Below are positions 38,539 to 47,844 of a stretch of DNA of 64,000 bases, one piece after another. The translations under genes were made by a program, and so were the position numbers. Source of the stretch: an uncultured Bacteroidales bacterium (lineage in GTDB: Bacteria; Bacteroidota; Bacteroidia; Bacteroidales; UBA4417). Location of the stretch: NCBI GenBank assembly GCA_963714825.1, contig CAVQQF010000003.1, positions 608,690-672,689 on the forward strand, written 5' to 3'. The notes below the pieces were generated by a model, which searched no databases, was not told where the DNA came from, and saw only the letters and a list, made by a program, of their open reading frames with translations. How positions within the stretch are numbered: position 1 is the stretch's first letter; the number at the start of each line of letters is the position of its first letter.

Positions 38539-39135
38539 ATGGATGTCTTATTTTCGGAAGCTTGGATTTTTACATGGGTAATATTGCCAATACTGATATT
38601 TATCGCCCGTATAATGGATCAGACTATCGGGACATTGAGGCTCATTTTCATTTCAAAAGGAATGAAAAACATAGCCCCGGTACTTGGTTTTTTCGAAGTG
38701 ATAATATGGCTGCTTGCCATTGGTCAGATTATGCAGCACCTCGACAACTGGTTATGTTATATCGCCTATGGAGCCGGTTTTGCCATGGGGAACTATATCG
38801 GTATTCTGATTGAGGAAAAATTATCGCTGGGAACATCCATCATCAGGGTGGTATTGCCAAATGAATCTCCTGAACTTATTGCGGCGTTAAAAACACAAAA
38901 TTTCGGGCTTACCATCCTCGACGCTGAGGGTGCTGTAGGTAAAGTCAAAATATTATTTTCCATCATCCGGCGAAAACAGACACCTGCTTTTCTGAATTTA
39001 CTGCATGAGTATAATCCGTCGGCCTTTTACACCATCGAGGAAGTTAAAGAAGCTCGTGAGGGTGTTTTTCAAGCGAATGCACGGAAGCGATCACTCGGCG
39101 AAGGAATGGCTTCTTTATTGAAAAAAGCAAAATAA
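38539..39135 (+). CDS. UPF0316 / DUF2179-family membrane protein
   Basis: N-terminal transmembrane region (LDNWLCYIAYGAGFAMGNYIGILIEEKL) and a C-terminal DUF2179-like domain (RVVLPNESPELIAALKTQNFGLTILDAEG). The start was chosen at MDVLFSE; the track ORF begins upstream. Confidence 0.6.
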   Translation: MDVLFSEAWIFTWVILPILIFIARIMDQTIGTLRLIFISKGMKNIAPVLGFFEVIIWLLAIGQIMQHLDNWLCYIAYGAGFAMGNYIGILIEEKLSLGTSIIRVVLPNESPELIAALKTQNFGLTILDAEGAVGKVKILFSIIRRKQTPAFLNLLHEYNPSAFYTIEEVKEAREGVFQANARKRSLGEGMASLLKKAK

Positions 39136-39302
39136 ATTATTGATAATTAAATAATTATAAAGTTACGGGAACCCAAATAGCAATATTATCACACGATGAC
39201 AGTGCCGGTCGTACATTTGTTGCCCGGAATCTTTTTAAGAGCGCTGTAATTACCGGAGCTGGTCCTTTTCAACTGGCATGTTTTGATATTGAGAAACCTG
39301 AT

Positions 39303-40061
39303 ATGGTCCATTTCTTCAGCGATTATCCCATCGCTGTTGAGCATTTTTTTTCGTCAATTCCTTCGGTTAATGTTGCTAAATGCAGTTACTGTGGAGCCTG
39401 TTCAGCATATTGTGCCGAGAAAGCTTTACAGTTTAACCGTTTTGTGCCTTCGGTAACGGTAATTGTTTCGCTTTGTTGCGGCTGTGGTAAATGCTCGCAT
39501 TATTGCTCCCGTAAAGGCATTAAAATGAAAGAAATTCATTCGGGCACAATACGGCATGCCAATATTGGAAAGCATTCCTTTATATCCGGATCGCTGGCAG
39601 GCCTGGATGTGCCTGGGATTCCACTTATATGTGAACTTAAAAAACGATTAAATCCGCAGGCCTCGGTTATCTGCGATTTTGGCCCGGGAACAGATGCCCT
39701 GATTGAACGCGGGCTTGAAGGCATGGACATAGGTGTTATTATTGTTATACCTGGAGCTGAGTGGGAGGCCAATCTTAACACCATGTTAAATATGGTTCAC
39801 AGCAAAAACCTGGCTGCAGCAGTATTGATGAATAAAATAAGTGCTGATAATCAATTTGTTGACATGGTGTCGTCCTTTTGCACCCTGAATGCTATACCGT
39901 TGCTTGGAATTGTTAATTTTACCAAAAATATTGAAGATGAGCCGTTCAGCTTAACTCCTGCAGTGAAAAAGGAGGAAAGTGAATTTCCGGGTATCTGGGA
40001 TCGGATAATTGAAATGTCGGTAATAACGAAAATAACAAATCGGAAAAATATAATAATCTAA
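39303..40061 (+). CDS. Fe-S cluster protein related to MinD-superfamily ATPases with an inserted ferredoxin domain (COG1149-like), but lacking the N-terminal P-loop
   Basis: Two CxxCxxCxxxC motifs (CSYCGACSAYC, CCGCGKCSHYC), then a MinD/ParA-like C-terminal region (VICDFGPGTDALIERGLEGMDIGVIIVIPGAEW...). No Walker A is found in any upstream frame. Confidence 0.5.
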   Translation: MVHFFSDYPIAVEHFFSSIPSVNVAKCSYCGACSAYCAEKALQFNRFVPSVTVIVSLCCGCGKCSHYCSRKGIKMKEIHSGTIRHANIGKHSFISGSLAGLDVPGIPLICELKKRLNPQASVICDFGPGTDALIERGLEGMDIGVIIVIPGAEWEANLNTMLNMVHSKNLAAAVLMNKISADNQFVDMVSSFCTLNAIPLLGIVNFTKNIEDEPFSLTPAVKKEESEFPGIWDRIIEMSVITKITNRKNIII

Positions 40062-40086
40062 TAAACAAATACATAACAGAATTGTA

Positions 40087-41268
40087 ATGAAAAACAAAAA
40101 AATCGGATTCAACTCAAAACTCATCCATGGAGGCGAATTTAATGACGCACTGGGGAGTGCAACGGTTCCTATTTATCAAACATCAACCTTTAAATTCGAC
40201 AGTGCCGAGCATGGAGCAGCCTGTTTTGCGGGCGAAAGCGACGGGTATATTTATACACGTATCGGAAATCCAACTATTCATGCATTGGAGACTTTATTGG
40301 CTGAACTCGAAAACGGTTTCGGAGGCATTGCCTGCAGTTCGGGTATGGGAGCCGTAAATACAGTTTACGGAGCCATGCTCTCCAAAGGCGACCATGTTAT
40401 CAGCTCGGCTGCTGTTTATGGCCCGTCGCGTGTGGTGCTCGAAACCTACTATAAAAAGTTTGGTGTTGAAGCAACCTTTGTAAATACTTCGGATATTGAA
40501 GCAATACGTAAAAGCATCAGGCCCGAAACTAAATTGTTGTACATCGAAACACCTTCGAACCCTACCATCGAAATTTCCGATCTGAAAGCCTGCAGCGAAC
40601 TTGCTCATCAGCATGGAATAATTGTGGCTGTCGACAATACATTTTGCAGCCCTTACCTTCAGCGGCCAATCGAATTCGGAGTGGATATAGTTCTGCATTC
40701 GCTTACCAAATTTATTAACGGGCATGCCGATATTGTTGGTGGAGTTGTAATTGCAAAAGATGAGGTTTTGTATAAAAAACTTCGTTCGGTAATGGTAACC
40801 TTAGGATTCAATATGGATCCTCACCAGGCCTACCTTGTAATCCGTGGTGTTAAAACTTTAGGCATTCGTATTGATCGTGCCCAGGAATCAGCCATGAAAA
40901 TTGCTAACTATCTTGAGCAGCATCCCAAAGTTGAATGGGTCAAGTACCCGGGTTTGGTTTCGCACCCTCAGCATGAACTGGCGAAAACACAGATGGATGG
41001 CTTCGGAAGTATGCTCAGCTTTGAATTAAAAGGGGGAATTGAATCAGGTCGTAAGCTTATGAATACTGTTGAACTGGCTATCCTCGCAGTTTCGCTGGGC
41101 GGTGTTGAAACATTGATACAGCATCCTGCATCGATGACACATTCGAAAATGTCGGCCGAGGGAAAAGCTACTGCCGGTATTTCTGATGGTCTTGTCCGCT
41201 ATTCAATAGGAATTGAAGATGTGGCCGACTTAATTGCCGATTTGGACCAGGCATTGGCAAAAATTTAA
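40087..41268 (+). CDS. PLP-dependent Cys/Met-metabolism enzyme (methionine gamma-lyase / cystathionine gamma-synthase family)
   Basis: 393 aa with a conserved PLP lysine region (SLTKFINGHADIVGG) and TRIGNPT-type motifs. Confidence 0.75.
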   Translation: MKNKKIGFNSKLIHGGEFNDALGSATVPIYQTSTFKFDSAEHGAACFAGESDGYIYTRIGNPTIHALETLLAELENGFGGIACSSGMGAVNTVYGAMLSKGDHVISSAAVYGPSRVVLETYYKKFGVEATFVNTSDIEAIRKSIRPETKLLYIETPSNPTIEISDLKACSELAHQHGIIVAVDNTFCSPYLQRPIEFGVDIVLHSLTKFINGHADIVGGVVIAKDEVLYKKLRSVMVTLGFNMDPHQAYLVIRGVKTLGIRIDRAQESAMKIANYLEQHPKVEWVKYPGLVSHPQHELAKTQMDGFGSMLSFELKGGIESGRKLMNTVELAILAVSLGGVETLIQHPASMTHSKMSAEGKATAGISDGLVRYSIGIEDVADLIADLDQALAKI

Positions 41269-41315
41269 TTTCAACATATCCTGCCATTTTACGTCAGGTA
41301 TTTATAATTGTAAAA

Positions 41316-43682
41316 ATGAAATCCGGACCCTGTTCCGGATTTTGTTATTTTTGTAAAGCTAACACAATTTCCGAAACCGTGAAAAGGAGCTTCATCCTGT
41401 TGTTTTTTATACTTTTTGCTATTGTTGCTCAATCGCAAAAGGTGGCTGTGGTGTTGAGCGGAGGAGGAGCAAAAGGCGTATCGCATATTGGCGTTCTGCA
41501 GGCGCTCGAAGATAATGGCATACCTATCGATTATATAGCAGGGACCTCGATGGGCGCAATTATCGGAGGCTTATATGCTTCGGGTTATTCGCCCGAGGAT
41601 ATGAAACAGATTATCAACTCGGCAGAGTTTACCAAATGGGTATCGGGCACACTCGATCCTGAATACACCTACTTTTTCCGTAAAGGCCAGCCTGATCCTT
41701 CGTGGCTCAGTTTCAGGTTTAAGTACGACTCGGTATTTCAAACACAAATCCCAACCAATATTGTATCGCCGATACGAATGGACTATGCTTTTATCGAACT
41801 GTTTTCGCAGGCAGCAGCTGTGTCGGGTTACAATTTCGACAGTCTCATGATTCCTTTCCGTTGTGTGGCTTCCGATGTGAGGTACAACAAACCGTATATT
41901 CTCCGCGAAGGTGATGTGGGAACTGCCATCAGGGCTTCCATGACTTTCCCTTTTTACTTTAAGCCGATCCGTATCGACGGGCGGCTGCTTTTTGATGGAG
42001 GAATGTATAATAATTTCCCTTCGGACGTGGTAATGGACGATTTTTTCCCTGATATCATAATTGGAAGCAAAGCCTCAGGAAACTACCTGCCCCCCGATGA
42101 TGATGATGTAGTTTCGCAGCTCACCAGTATGCTGATGGGTGAAACCAAATTCAATATGTATTGTGATGCAAGTGTACTTATTGAGCCAAAATTATGGGAT
42201 GTAAATGTGATTGATTTTTCGAATACCAAAGCGTTTATCGATAGCGGTTATGTGGCTGCCCAACGCAGCATCCCGCTGATACGACAGTTTGTACTTGATA
42301 AGGTAAGCAAGGAGATGCACGACAGTATCAGGGCAAAATTTAATGCGCGAAAACCGGGATTCAATATTAACAGCGTAGAGGTGAGGGGGTTACAGCAAGG
42401 ACAGGCCCTCTATGTTGCAAATGCTATTATGGGACAGGTACGAGGGCGCAGATCGGACACCTACTATTCCAATGACCTGGGGATGGAACAGGTTAAAAGT
42501 GGTTATTTCAAAGTAATAGGCGAAAATAAATTGAAATCGGGTTACCCTTCATTGTTTTTCGATACCATTTCGCAACGCTTTAAATTTATTATTGATGCAC
42601 AGTACGAGCGAGGCATGGAAGCCAGTTTCGGTGGCAGTTTGTCGTCAGGCGCTACCAATGAAATATTTTTACAACTTCAATACAGCCTTTGGCGAAAAGT
42701 TGCATCAACTGTAAAGGTGAACGGGTCTTTCGGTCGCTTTTATAACTCCATTCTTGCAGGCGGACGTGTGGAGTTACCCGGCAAGGGGCCAAAGTATGCC
42801 GAAGCATATTACACCTTTAACCAGTATAATTATTTTCGCACCAAATCCTTCTTTTTTATCGGCGACAGCCCATTGTTTTTATATGAAAATAATTCGCATA
42901 TACGTGCCGACATAGGTTTCCCCTTATCCTACAAAGGGAAATTTGAAACCGGTTTTACCCTGGGTATAAACAATGCCAATTATTTCCAAACCAACAGCGC
43001 CACCGAAATTGATAAGGCTGATAAAACAAAATTCAGTTTCTACAGCCCCTACCTGGAAATGGAGTTTAACACGCTGAACCGCAAGCAATACTCGAACCAG
43101 GGGTACCGGCTGTTTACCTCGCTGCAGTTTGTGAGCGGACTCGAAAGGCATACCCCGGGGACAACATCCTTGCTCGAAGGTAAATATACCGATTATCATA
43201 ATTATTTGATTTTCAAGCTAAAATACGATCGCTATTTTCGAAATGGCAAATTTTACAGGCCTGGTTTCAATTTCGAATTCCAGGCTAACACGATTGGAAG
43301 TTTCCGTAACTACACTTCTTCAACACTCTATATGTCGGGGTATTTGCCGGTGTACGAAATGACAACGCTTTACCAGCCAGTTTACCGGCCACAAGGTTTT
43401 ACCGCTATAGGTTTCAGGAATATTTTCAACCTGAACAAAAATATCGATTTCAGGCTCGAAGGATTTGTTGTGGCCCCCATTCGTGAAATTAAGAGCGATG
43501 CCATGCAACAGGTTTACCAAAGCAAACTTTTTCCTACACTTCACCAGGTGCTTTCGGCCAGTTTTGTTTATACCACGCCACTTGGGCCGCTGAGTGCCTC
43601 GGTAAATTTTTACGATGACGAAACACCGGTTTCATTTTTTGTTAATATCGGGTATCTTATTTTTAACCGATCCGCTTTTTAG
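41316..43682 (+). CDS. Patatin-like phospholipase with a C-terminal outer-membrane barrel-like domain (PlpD/BamA-type architecture)
   Basis: VVLSGGGAKGVSHIGVLQALED oxyanion motif, GTSMG (GxSxG), a DGG catalytic Asp motif, and a long beta-rich C-terminal half. An alternative GTG start at 41378 would give a signal-peptide-like N-terminus. Confidence 0.7.
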   Translation: MKSGPCSGFCYFCKANTISETVKRSFILLFFILFAIVAQSQKVAVVLSGGGAKGVSHIGVLQALEDNGIPIDYIAGTSMGAIIGGLYASGYSPEDMKQIINSAEFTKWVSGTLDPEYTYFFRKGQPDPSWLSFRFKYDSVFQTQIPTNIVSPIRMDYAFIELFSQAAAVSGYNFDSLMIPFRCVASDVRYNKPYILREGDVGTAIRASMTFPFYFKPIRIDGRLLFDGGMYNNFPSDVVMDDFFPDIIIGSKASGNYLPPDDDDVVSQLTSMLMGETKFNMYCDASVLIEPKLWDVNVIDFSNTKAFIDSGYVAAQRSIPLIRQFVLDKVSKEMHDSIRAKFNARKPGFNINSVEVRGLQQGQALYVANAIMGQVRGRRSDTYYSNDLGMEQVKSGYFKVIGENKLKSGYPSLFFDTISQRFKFIIDAQYERGMEASFGGSLSSGATNEIFLQLQYSLWRKVASTVKVNGSFGRFYNSILAGGRVELPGKGPKYAEAYYTFNQYNYFRTKSFFFIGDSPLFLYENNSHIRADIGFPLSYKGKFETGFTLGINNANYFQTNSATEIDKADKTKFSFYSPYLEMEFNTLNRKQYSNQGYRLFTSLQFVSGLERHTPGTTSLLEGKYTDYHNYLIFKLKYDRYFRNGKFYRPGFNFEFQANTIGSFRNYTSSTLYMSGYLPVYEMTTLYQPVYRPQGFTAIGFRNIFNLNKNIDFRLEGFVVAPIREIKSDAMQQVYQSKLFPTLHQVLSASFVYTTPLGPLSASVNFYDDETPVSFFVNIGYLIFNRSAF

Positions 43683-44050
43683 TTTGCTCTTTAATTGATC
43701 ATTCACTTTTTTGATAGATGATTGTTTATGGATTTCATGACTTTAGGTTTGGATCTACCCGATTTTAATCGAACTTAAGGGTATCGCGATTCTCATTGCG
43801 GACTTAGTTGAGGTGCCTTACCTCTGAAAGAAACAAATACCTGGAATCGCCTTTTCAAAAGCCTGAAACAAATTACAATAAAATGAATTAGGTAAGGAAA
43901 TGTTGTTAAATTTGCAGTCCCCCAGGCATGACCCGGGGGTATTGTTTTACTAACTTTTTTCGAAAGAAAAACTCACATACCAACGCTGTTTCGTTTAAGC
44001 AGCGGGTTTTATTTAACCTGATCATTAGTTTAATTACTAACTCATTACAA

Positions 44051-46573
44051 ATGAAAACGACCAAACATCCCGATCAAAATCCTGAGGAAGCGCCAATGCT
44101 CAAACAGGACGAGAATTCACAGCAGGAGAATCCTGTTAGCACAGTTGAAGAATCATTATCACCGGTTATGGATGCTGCTTCCGAGTCAGAATCCATCGTT
44201 TCGGACGAACTGAAAACAAACACTGCAACAGTATCAGAAACAGTAGTAAATACCGATGCTGAAGCCGTTGCCGAACCTGAAATTTTAGCTGAAGCTAATG
44301 TTGTTGACGAAGTAGCCTCCGAGCCCGAAGTAGTTGCTGAAGCAGAAGTGGTAGCTGAGCCTGAAGTAGTTGCAGAGGCAGAAGTGGTTACTGAGCCAGA
44401 AGTAGTTGCTGAGGCAGAAGTTGTAGCTGAAGCAGAAGTAGTTGCTGAGGCAGAAGTGGTAGCTGAGGCAGAAGTTGTAGCTGAGCCAGAAGTAGTTGCT
44501 GAGGCAGAAGTTGTAGCTGAGGCAGAAGTTGTAGCTGAGCCAGAAGTAGTTGCTGAGGCAGAAGTTGTAGCTGAAGCAGAAGTTGTAGCTGAGGCAGAAG
44601 TGGTTGCTGAAGCAGAAGTGGTTGCTGAGCCTGAAATAGTTGCTGAGGCAGAAGTAGTTGCTGAGCCTGAAGTAGTTGCTGAGGCAGAAGTAGTTGCTGA
44701 GCCAGCAGTGGTTGCCGAAGCGGAAGTAGTGACTGAAGCCGGAGTAGTTGCCGGGACTGAAGTTGTTGCTGAGAAAGTTTCTGATGATGATTCAGAATCG
44801 GACGATGATGAAATGGAAGATGACCTGGAAGCTGCCGAATCAGTGGATTATGCTCATATGAGCAGGGAGCAGTTGGTCGAAAACCTCGAAACACTGGTGC
44901 AGAATACGGATGTTAATGAAATAAAATCTGTTGTTGCCAAGATTAAAGTTGCCTACCTGGCCCTTACCAATAAAGAGAACCAGGAGAAATATAAAAATTC
45001 CGACGAAAGCGAAGAAACTGAAAGTGCTGAAGTTGTTGAAACAGCCGATCCTTTGGAAGACCGTTTCAAAACAGCATTTGGAATATACCGCCATAATAAA
45101 TTCCGCCACAACGAAGAGCAGGAAAAAATTAAGACTCGCAACCTCGAAGCCAAGAAAAAAATACTCGACGACCTGAAATTACTCATCAGCTCGGAGGAAA
45201 CTCTTAAGAAAACCTACGACGAGTTTAAGGGTTTGCAGGATCAGTGGAAGAGCATTGGGATGGTTCCAAAAGCCGAAGCCCAGGGCTTATGGCAAAACTA
45301 TCATTTCCTTATCGAGAAGTTTTTCGATAAGGTAAAAATTAACAAGGAGCTCAAAGACCTCGATCTTCGTAAAAACCTGGAACGTAAAATTGAGTTATGC
45401 GAAAAAGCCGAAGAGCTGGTTCTCGAAGAGTCCATTTCGCAATCGTTCAAGAGACTGCAGGAGCTTCACGAAGAGTGGAAAGAGGTTGGACCTGTAGCTC
45501 ACGATAAGCGCGAGGAAGTCTGGGACCGTTTTAAATCGGCTACCGAAAAAATCAACGATCGCCGCCACGATTTCTTTAAGAAAATTCAGGGCGACCTCGA
45601 AGCCAATTATGCCGCAAAAATATTGCTTTGCGAAAAAGCTGAACAACTGGTTGCTACCGAGTATAATTCCATTAAACAATGGCAGGACAGCACACAGCAG
45701 CTTAACGAATTGCTTCGTATGTGGAAGTCGGTAGGGCAGGCTCCTCAGAAAGTGAACAACGAAGTATGGAACCGTTTCAAGACTCAGCTCGACCTGTATT
45801 TTACCAATAAAAAAGAATATTTCGGTAAACTTAAAGATCAGCAACTTCATAACTATAACCTTAAAGTTGACCTTTGTCTTCAGGCTGAATCGCATAAACT
45901 AAGCACCGATTGGAAAAATTCGTCGCGCGAGCTGATAAAGTTACAGGGCGAATGGAAGAAAATTGGTCCTGTTCCGCGCAAGCACAGCGAAAAAATCTGG
46001 AAACGCTTCCGCTCCGCCTGCGATGACTTTTTCAATACTAAAAATGAATATTTCAAAAACCTGCAGGCCGGTGAAGGCGATAACCTGAAAATTAAACAGG
46101 AAATCCTCAATAAACTTGTGGCCTTCGAGTTCGACGAAAACAGGCAGGAAAGCCTGAACAAAGTAAAGGAGTTACAGCGCGAATGGATGAATACCGGGCA
46201 TGTGCCTATCAAGGAAAAAGATCGTTTGCAGGCCGAATTTAAGGCTGCTGTAAATAAAATTTACAATAAGCTCAAGGTCGATTCGCACGAAGCCAGCCAG
46301 ATGAATTACCGCTCGCGTTTCGAAAATGTGAAGGACCAGCCCGAAGCCGGCCGTATTATTAACCGCGAGCGCACCGGTTTGCAGTCAAAAATTGATGGAC
46401 TCAAAGAAGAAATCCTTCTCTGGGAAAACAATATCGGTTTCTTCGCCAGGTCGAAACAGGCAAATCTTCTGAAAGCCGAATTTGAAGGCAAAATAGCCCG
46501 TGCCAAAGAGGAACTTGCCACGCTCGAAGCAAAAGCAAAAATCCTCCGAAATGTAGCACGCGAACAACAATAA
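44051..46573 (+). CDS. DUF349 repeat protein with an N-terminal acidic tandem-repeat tract
   Basis: Internal start MKTTKHPDQ. The (AEAEVV/AEPEVV)n tract spans roughly 44320-44720. The C-terminal half has about 6 DUF349-like repeats (W..F…, e.g. LQDQWKSIGMVPKAEAQGLWQNY, LHEEWKEVGPVAHDKREEVWDRF). Confidence 0.7.
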   Translation: MKTTKHPDQNPEEAPMLKQDENSQQENPVSTVEESLSPVMDAASESESIVSDELKTNTATVSETVVNTDAEAVAEPEILAEANVVDEVASEPEVVAEAEVVAEPEVVAEAEVVTEPEVVAEAEVVAEAEVVAEAEVVAEAEVVAEPEVVAEAEVVAEAEVVAEPEVVAEAEVVAEAEVVAEAEVVAEAEVVAEPEIVAEAEVVAEPEVVAEAEVVAEPAVVAEAEVVTEAGVVAGTEVVAEKVSDDDSESDDDEMEDDLEAAESVDYAHMSREQLVENLETLVQNTDVNEIKSVVAKIKVAYLALTNKENQEKYKNSDESEETESAEVVETADPLEDRFKTAFGIYRHNKFRHNEEQEKIKTRNLEAKKKILDDLKLLISSEETLKKTYDEFKGLQDQWKSIGMVPKAEAQGLWQNYHFLIEKFFDKVKINKELKDLDLRKNLERKIELCEKAEELVLEESISQSFKRLQELHEEWKEVGPVAHDKREEVWDRFKSATEKINDRRHDFFKKIQGDLEANYAAKILLCEKAEQLVATEYNSIKQWQDSTQQLNELLRMWKSVGQAPQKVNNEVWNRFKTQLDLYFTNKKEYFGKLKDQQLHNYNLKVDLCLQAESHKLSTDWKNSSRELIKLQGEWKKIGPVPRKHSEKIWKRFRSACDDFFNTKNEYFKNLQAGEGDNLKIKQEILNKLVAFEFDENRQESLNKVKELQREWMNTGHVPIKEKDRLQAEFKAAVNKIYNKLKVDSHEASQMNYRSRFENVKDQPEAGRIINRERTGLQSKIDGLKEEILLWENNIGFFARSKQANLLKAEFEGKIARAKEELATLEAKAKILRNVAREQQ
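44320..44720 (+). repeat. In-frame 18-bp tandem repeat (about 22-25 copies; units gaagtagttgctgaggca / gaagtggtagctgagcct)
   Basis: Directly visible, near-perfect 18-nt periodicity encoding the E-V-V-A-E-A/P hexapeptide. Confidence 0.9.
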
Positions 46574-46580
46574 ATTATGA

Positions 46581-46607
46581 AAAGCCCCGGTTTGGGGCTT
46601 TTTTTAT
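46581..46607 (+). terminator. Rho-independent terminator after the DUF349 gene
   Basis: The stem aaagcccc / ggggcttt with loop ggtt is followed by T7. Confidence 0.75.
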
Positions 46608-46709
46608 GGGAAAAGGTTTGCTTTCCGAAAGCAGTATAAACCGTAAAATAATTGTACACGGTACTGCGTTTCTATATTTCTTCTGCTTTAATATCCTTAC
46701 CTTTGTTCT

Positions 46710-47792
46710 ATGTCAGCTAACACTTTCGGAACAGTATTCAGACTCACCACCTTTGGCGAATCGCACGGCATAGCACTTGGCGGTGTTATTGATGGTTGCC
46801 CGGCCGGTTTGATAATTGATGCACAGTTTATACAGCACGAACTGGACCGCAGGCGTCCCGGGCAGTCGGATGTGACCACACAGCGCACTGAGGGCGATAA
46901 AATCGAATTACTTTCAGGTGTGTTCGAAGGCAGATCAACGGGTACTCCCATTGCTTTCGCCATCCGTAACCACGATCACCAGAGTTTCGATTATGACCAT
47001 CTGCGCGAAGCATACCGTCCTTCGCATGCTGATTATACCTACGATAGAAAATACGGTTTCCGCGATCACCGCGGTGGTGGTCGTTCATCGGCTCGTGAAA
47101 CACTTTCACGGGTGGCCGGTGGCGCAATTGCTAAATTGTTGTTGCAACATTCGGGCATGCAGGTAAAAGCATATGTAAGCAGCATTGGTGATGTGCAAGC
47201 AAGCAAAGATTTTACAATTGATCAGTTGGGCGAAATGGAGTCCAGCGCTGTTCGCTGCCCCGATAAGGATGCTTCGGCTAAAATGATTGAACTTATATCG
47301 CGCCTGAAATCCGAAGGCGATACAACAGGCGGAATAATCACCTGTATTATCAACGGAATCCCCCCGGGTTTGGGCGAACCCGTTTTCGATAAACTGCAGG
47401 CCGACCTGGCAAAAGCAGTCATGAGCATTAACGCAGCCAAAGGTTTCGAATATGGCGAAGGCTTCGGGGCTGCATCTATGCAGGGCTCAGCCCACAACGA
47501 TATTTTTATTGCCGGCGAAAAGGGTGAAATAACCACAAAAACAAATCATTCGGGAGGTATACAGGGAGGCATCAGCAATGGCAACGACATTGTTTTCAGG
47601 GTGGCTTTTAAACCTGTCGCCACTATTCAGCAGTCGCAACCTTCGGTTAATGCACGTGGCGAAAATGTCGTTTTGCCGGCTAAGGGCAGGCATGATGTTT
47701 GTGTGGTACCAAGGGCAGTGCCTATAGTTGAGGCAATGGCTGCCCTGGTTATTGCCGATCATCTGCTGCGCAACCGGTCGTCGCGCTTATAG
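46710..47792 (+). CDS. aroC: Chorismate synthase
   Basis: MSANTFGTVFRLTTFGESHG..., canonical AroC, 360 aa. Confidence 0.9.
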   Translation: MSANTFGTVFRLTTFGESHGIALGGVIDGCPAGLIIDAQFIQHELDRRRPGQSDVTTQRTEGDKIELLSGVFEGRSTGTPIAFAIRNHDHQSFDYDHLREAYRPSHADYTYDRKYGFRDHRGGGRSSARETLSRVAGGAIAKLLLQHSGMQVKAYVSSIGDVQASKDFTIDQLGEMESSAVRCPDKDASAKMIELISRLKSEGDTTGGIITCIINGIPPGLGEPVFDKLQADLAKAVMSINAAKGFEYGEGFGAASMQGSAHNDIFIAGEKGEITTKTNHSGGIQGGISNGNDIVFRVAFKPVATIQQSQPSVNARGENVVLPAKGRHDVCVVPRAVPIVEAMAALVIADHLLRNRSSRL

Positions 47793-47844
47793 ACTAAAAC
47801 CAGGTATTATACGTTTCAATTTTAAATTAATTCTCCCCGTTCAG

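Noticed and set aside
44320-44720. A possible CRISPR array, given the regular short direct repeats
   Set aside because: The repeats are 18 bp, contiguous with no spacers, in frame inside a coding sequence, and differ only at codon wobble positions. This is a coding tandem repeat, not a CRISPR array. The 59-bp repeats at 8268-8407 are also contiguous and spacerless.
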